DNA of 64,000 bases from the human T2T-CHM13v2.0 reference genome, Homo sapiens: assembly GCF_009914755.1 (NCBI RefSeq), contig NC_060930.1, one strand, 5' to 3'. Position 1 is the first letter of the stretch. Each line of letters opens with the position of its first letter. The position numbers were made by a program, and so were the translations under genes. This document shows, one piece after another, positions 61,843 to 64,000 of the stretch. The notes under the pieces were generated by a model, which was not told the origin of the DNA, searched no databases, and saw only the letters and a program-made list of their open reading frames with translations.

Positions 61843-63093
61843 ATAAGGAAGAAGTTTCTAACAATTAGAGCTTGTTTTAAAATAAAACTCTGTCAGAGGA
61901 AGCATTCAGGTGAGGAATAGACAGCCACTTCTCAGGTACGATGGAGTAGAGATTTATGTGTCAGTAAGGCAGTCAGGCTAGAATATTTCTACTGTTCCTC
62001 CAACTGAGATTTCTTGATCCTATGTTAAGTTTTCCAAAGAATCACAGAAGAATTAAAACCTGTCTAGAAACAGTACTGTTGCTTTGTTTATCTGACTGGA
62101 TTCTGACCTGGGGCTCAGCCAGCACTGGGTGAGGGGGACTTTAAAGAGGCCCTCTTGCAGGGCCCATCTGTGCCATCTTAGAAAGCAGGTGGCTCTGAGA
62201 CAAGGTCCAGGTTGTCCTCTAACCCCACCTAAAGCTAACCTGGCCCAGGTATTATTACCTGGAGGGAAGAAGGACTCTGCTGCAGGGAGACCTCGAGCCA
62301 CCCGTTGGCAGGCATAGTCTCATTGAAATGTGTTTTCATAGGACACTGAGTTTATCCCTCATTTCTCAGCCTGGAACTCACCATTGCAGGTACAACTTCA
62401 GTGGAGACCAGCATGACTGAGCTTCCAACAGGCAGCAATGACTCCAGGGCTCTTCTACTACCTGCCCTTTCTGAGTGTTGAATTAGAAGGGAGGTGAGAG
62501 ATTAGCTCGGCTTCCCTCTACCAGCAGGCCAATAACCAGAGGGTAAAGGTCTCCAACTTTGAACATGTGCCATGCACATGCAGAAGGTAAGTGATTGCAG
62601 GAGATTGTCCATGTGGTGGTAAGGTCCCCCAAGCTTCAACAGAGCCTGAAATGTCCTTTCTAGACATGAAGCATTTTGAGTTTTTTTATTCTGCCAGTCT
62701 ATAAAAAATCCAGGTCTTTTTGAAAGAAATAGCACAAGTATTTTTTAAGCACGAATTTTTCAACCTGAGTAGCTGAGAATAGAGCTCCTCACTGGGCACT
62801 CGGACAAGGAAGCAAGACGGAGTCCACATGGGAATGGGGCATGAGAGGTGGGAAGGTTATTGGGGTCTGGCCCTGGCTTGGGCCAGATGGGACCAGATTC
62901 TAAATGGATTCACTCTTGTTTACTTGTTAGGATTCTTAGCAGAGTCTTTGCTGCAGCAGCAGTGCTTAATGGGGGAGGTGGGGGAGAGGCAGGCATGAGA
63001 CTCCCTCCCACAATCTCCATAAATACAGGGAAAGCCATGGTGAATCTTGATTATACACTGTCTATTGAAAGCTCCCCAAGGAGAGGGGCTATG

Positions 63094-64000
63094 CTTTATA
63101 CTTTTTTGAAGTATAATTTACAATAAACTACAAATTTTTAATGTGTACAATTTAAAAAGTTTTGACATGTATATCTACCCTTGAAACCATCACCACAATC
63201 AAGCTAATGAACATATCCATCACCCCAAAAGGGTTCCTTGTGGCCTTTTATAATTTCTCCCTCCTGGTCCTCCTTGATTCCTCCTTCATCCCTAAACAAT
63301 CACTGATCTGCTTTCTGTCACTATAGATTAGTTTGCCTTTTCTAGGATTTTATATAACTGGAATCACAGAATAAGTATTATTTTTTGGTCTGGCTTCTTT
63401 CACTCAGTGTAATTATTCAGAGATTCAACTATGTTGTTACATCTATATAGTTCATTCCTCTTTACTGCTGAGTATTATTCCACTGGACAGGTATTTGACA
63501 CCTGTTTATTCATTCACCCATTGACAAACACTTTGGTCGTTTTCAGTTTTGGGCTATTACAAACGAAGCTGCAATCAGCATTCATGTACAAGTCTTTCTG
63601 TGGACATACACTTGCATCTTTCTTAGGTAAATACCTACAAGTGGAATGAATTATGTGGTAGTTGTGTATTTTTTTGTATTTAACTTTTTAAGAAAGTGTC
63701 AAACTACTTTTCAAAGTGGTTGTACTATTGTACCTTCCCACCCAGCATTGTATGAGAGCTTCAGTTCCTCCATATCCTTGTCAACACTTGTTATGGTCAG
63801 TCTTTTTAATTTTAGACATGCTAATAAGTATCTAATAGTTAGTGGTATCTGATTATGATTTTAAGTTGCATTGTGTCCTTAATGTACATTTTCCTAATAA
63901 GGACTGGCACCTTTTCATCTGTGTATCTTCTTTGGTGAGGTGTCTTTTAAAATCATTTGCCCAATTTCATATTGGGTTGTTTGCTTTGTTATCATTTAGT
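63094..64000 (-). mobile_element. L1MB-type 3' end, running off the window
   Basis: TTGAAGTATAATTTACA...GAAACCATCACCACAATCAAG...CACTGATCTGCTTTCTGTCACTATAGATTAG...TTTCAAAGTGGTTGTAC. Confidence 0.92.

Overview
Primate (most likely human) non-coding genomic DNA: low CpG, no CpG island, nine Alus, two THE1 solo LTRs and many old MIR/L2/L3/L1M/MER fossils. Positions 1 to ~1899 look like the end of a long + strand 3' UTR, with AATAAA at 1873 and a GU-rich downstream element. From memory this resembles the TEAD1 3' end, which would make the rest the gene-poor interval towards RASSF10 containing LINC00958; this assignment is unverified. There is no credible protein-coding exon: long ORFs come from (TG)n, (GAAA)n, Alu, LTR or dead L1 sequence. 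I found no convincing new biological system. The most notable signals are three short local paired duplications (151, 61 and 28 bp), two template-switch inversions, a multi-layer nested L1 block and several dense transcription-factor motif clusters. Boundaries of old repeats are approximate, and subfamily calls rest on recalled consensus sequences, not a search.
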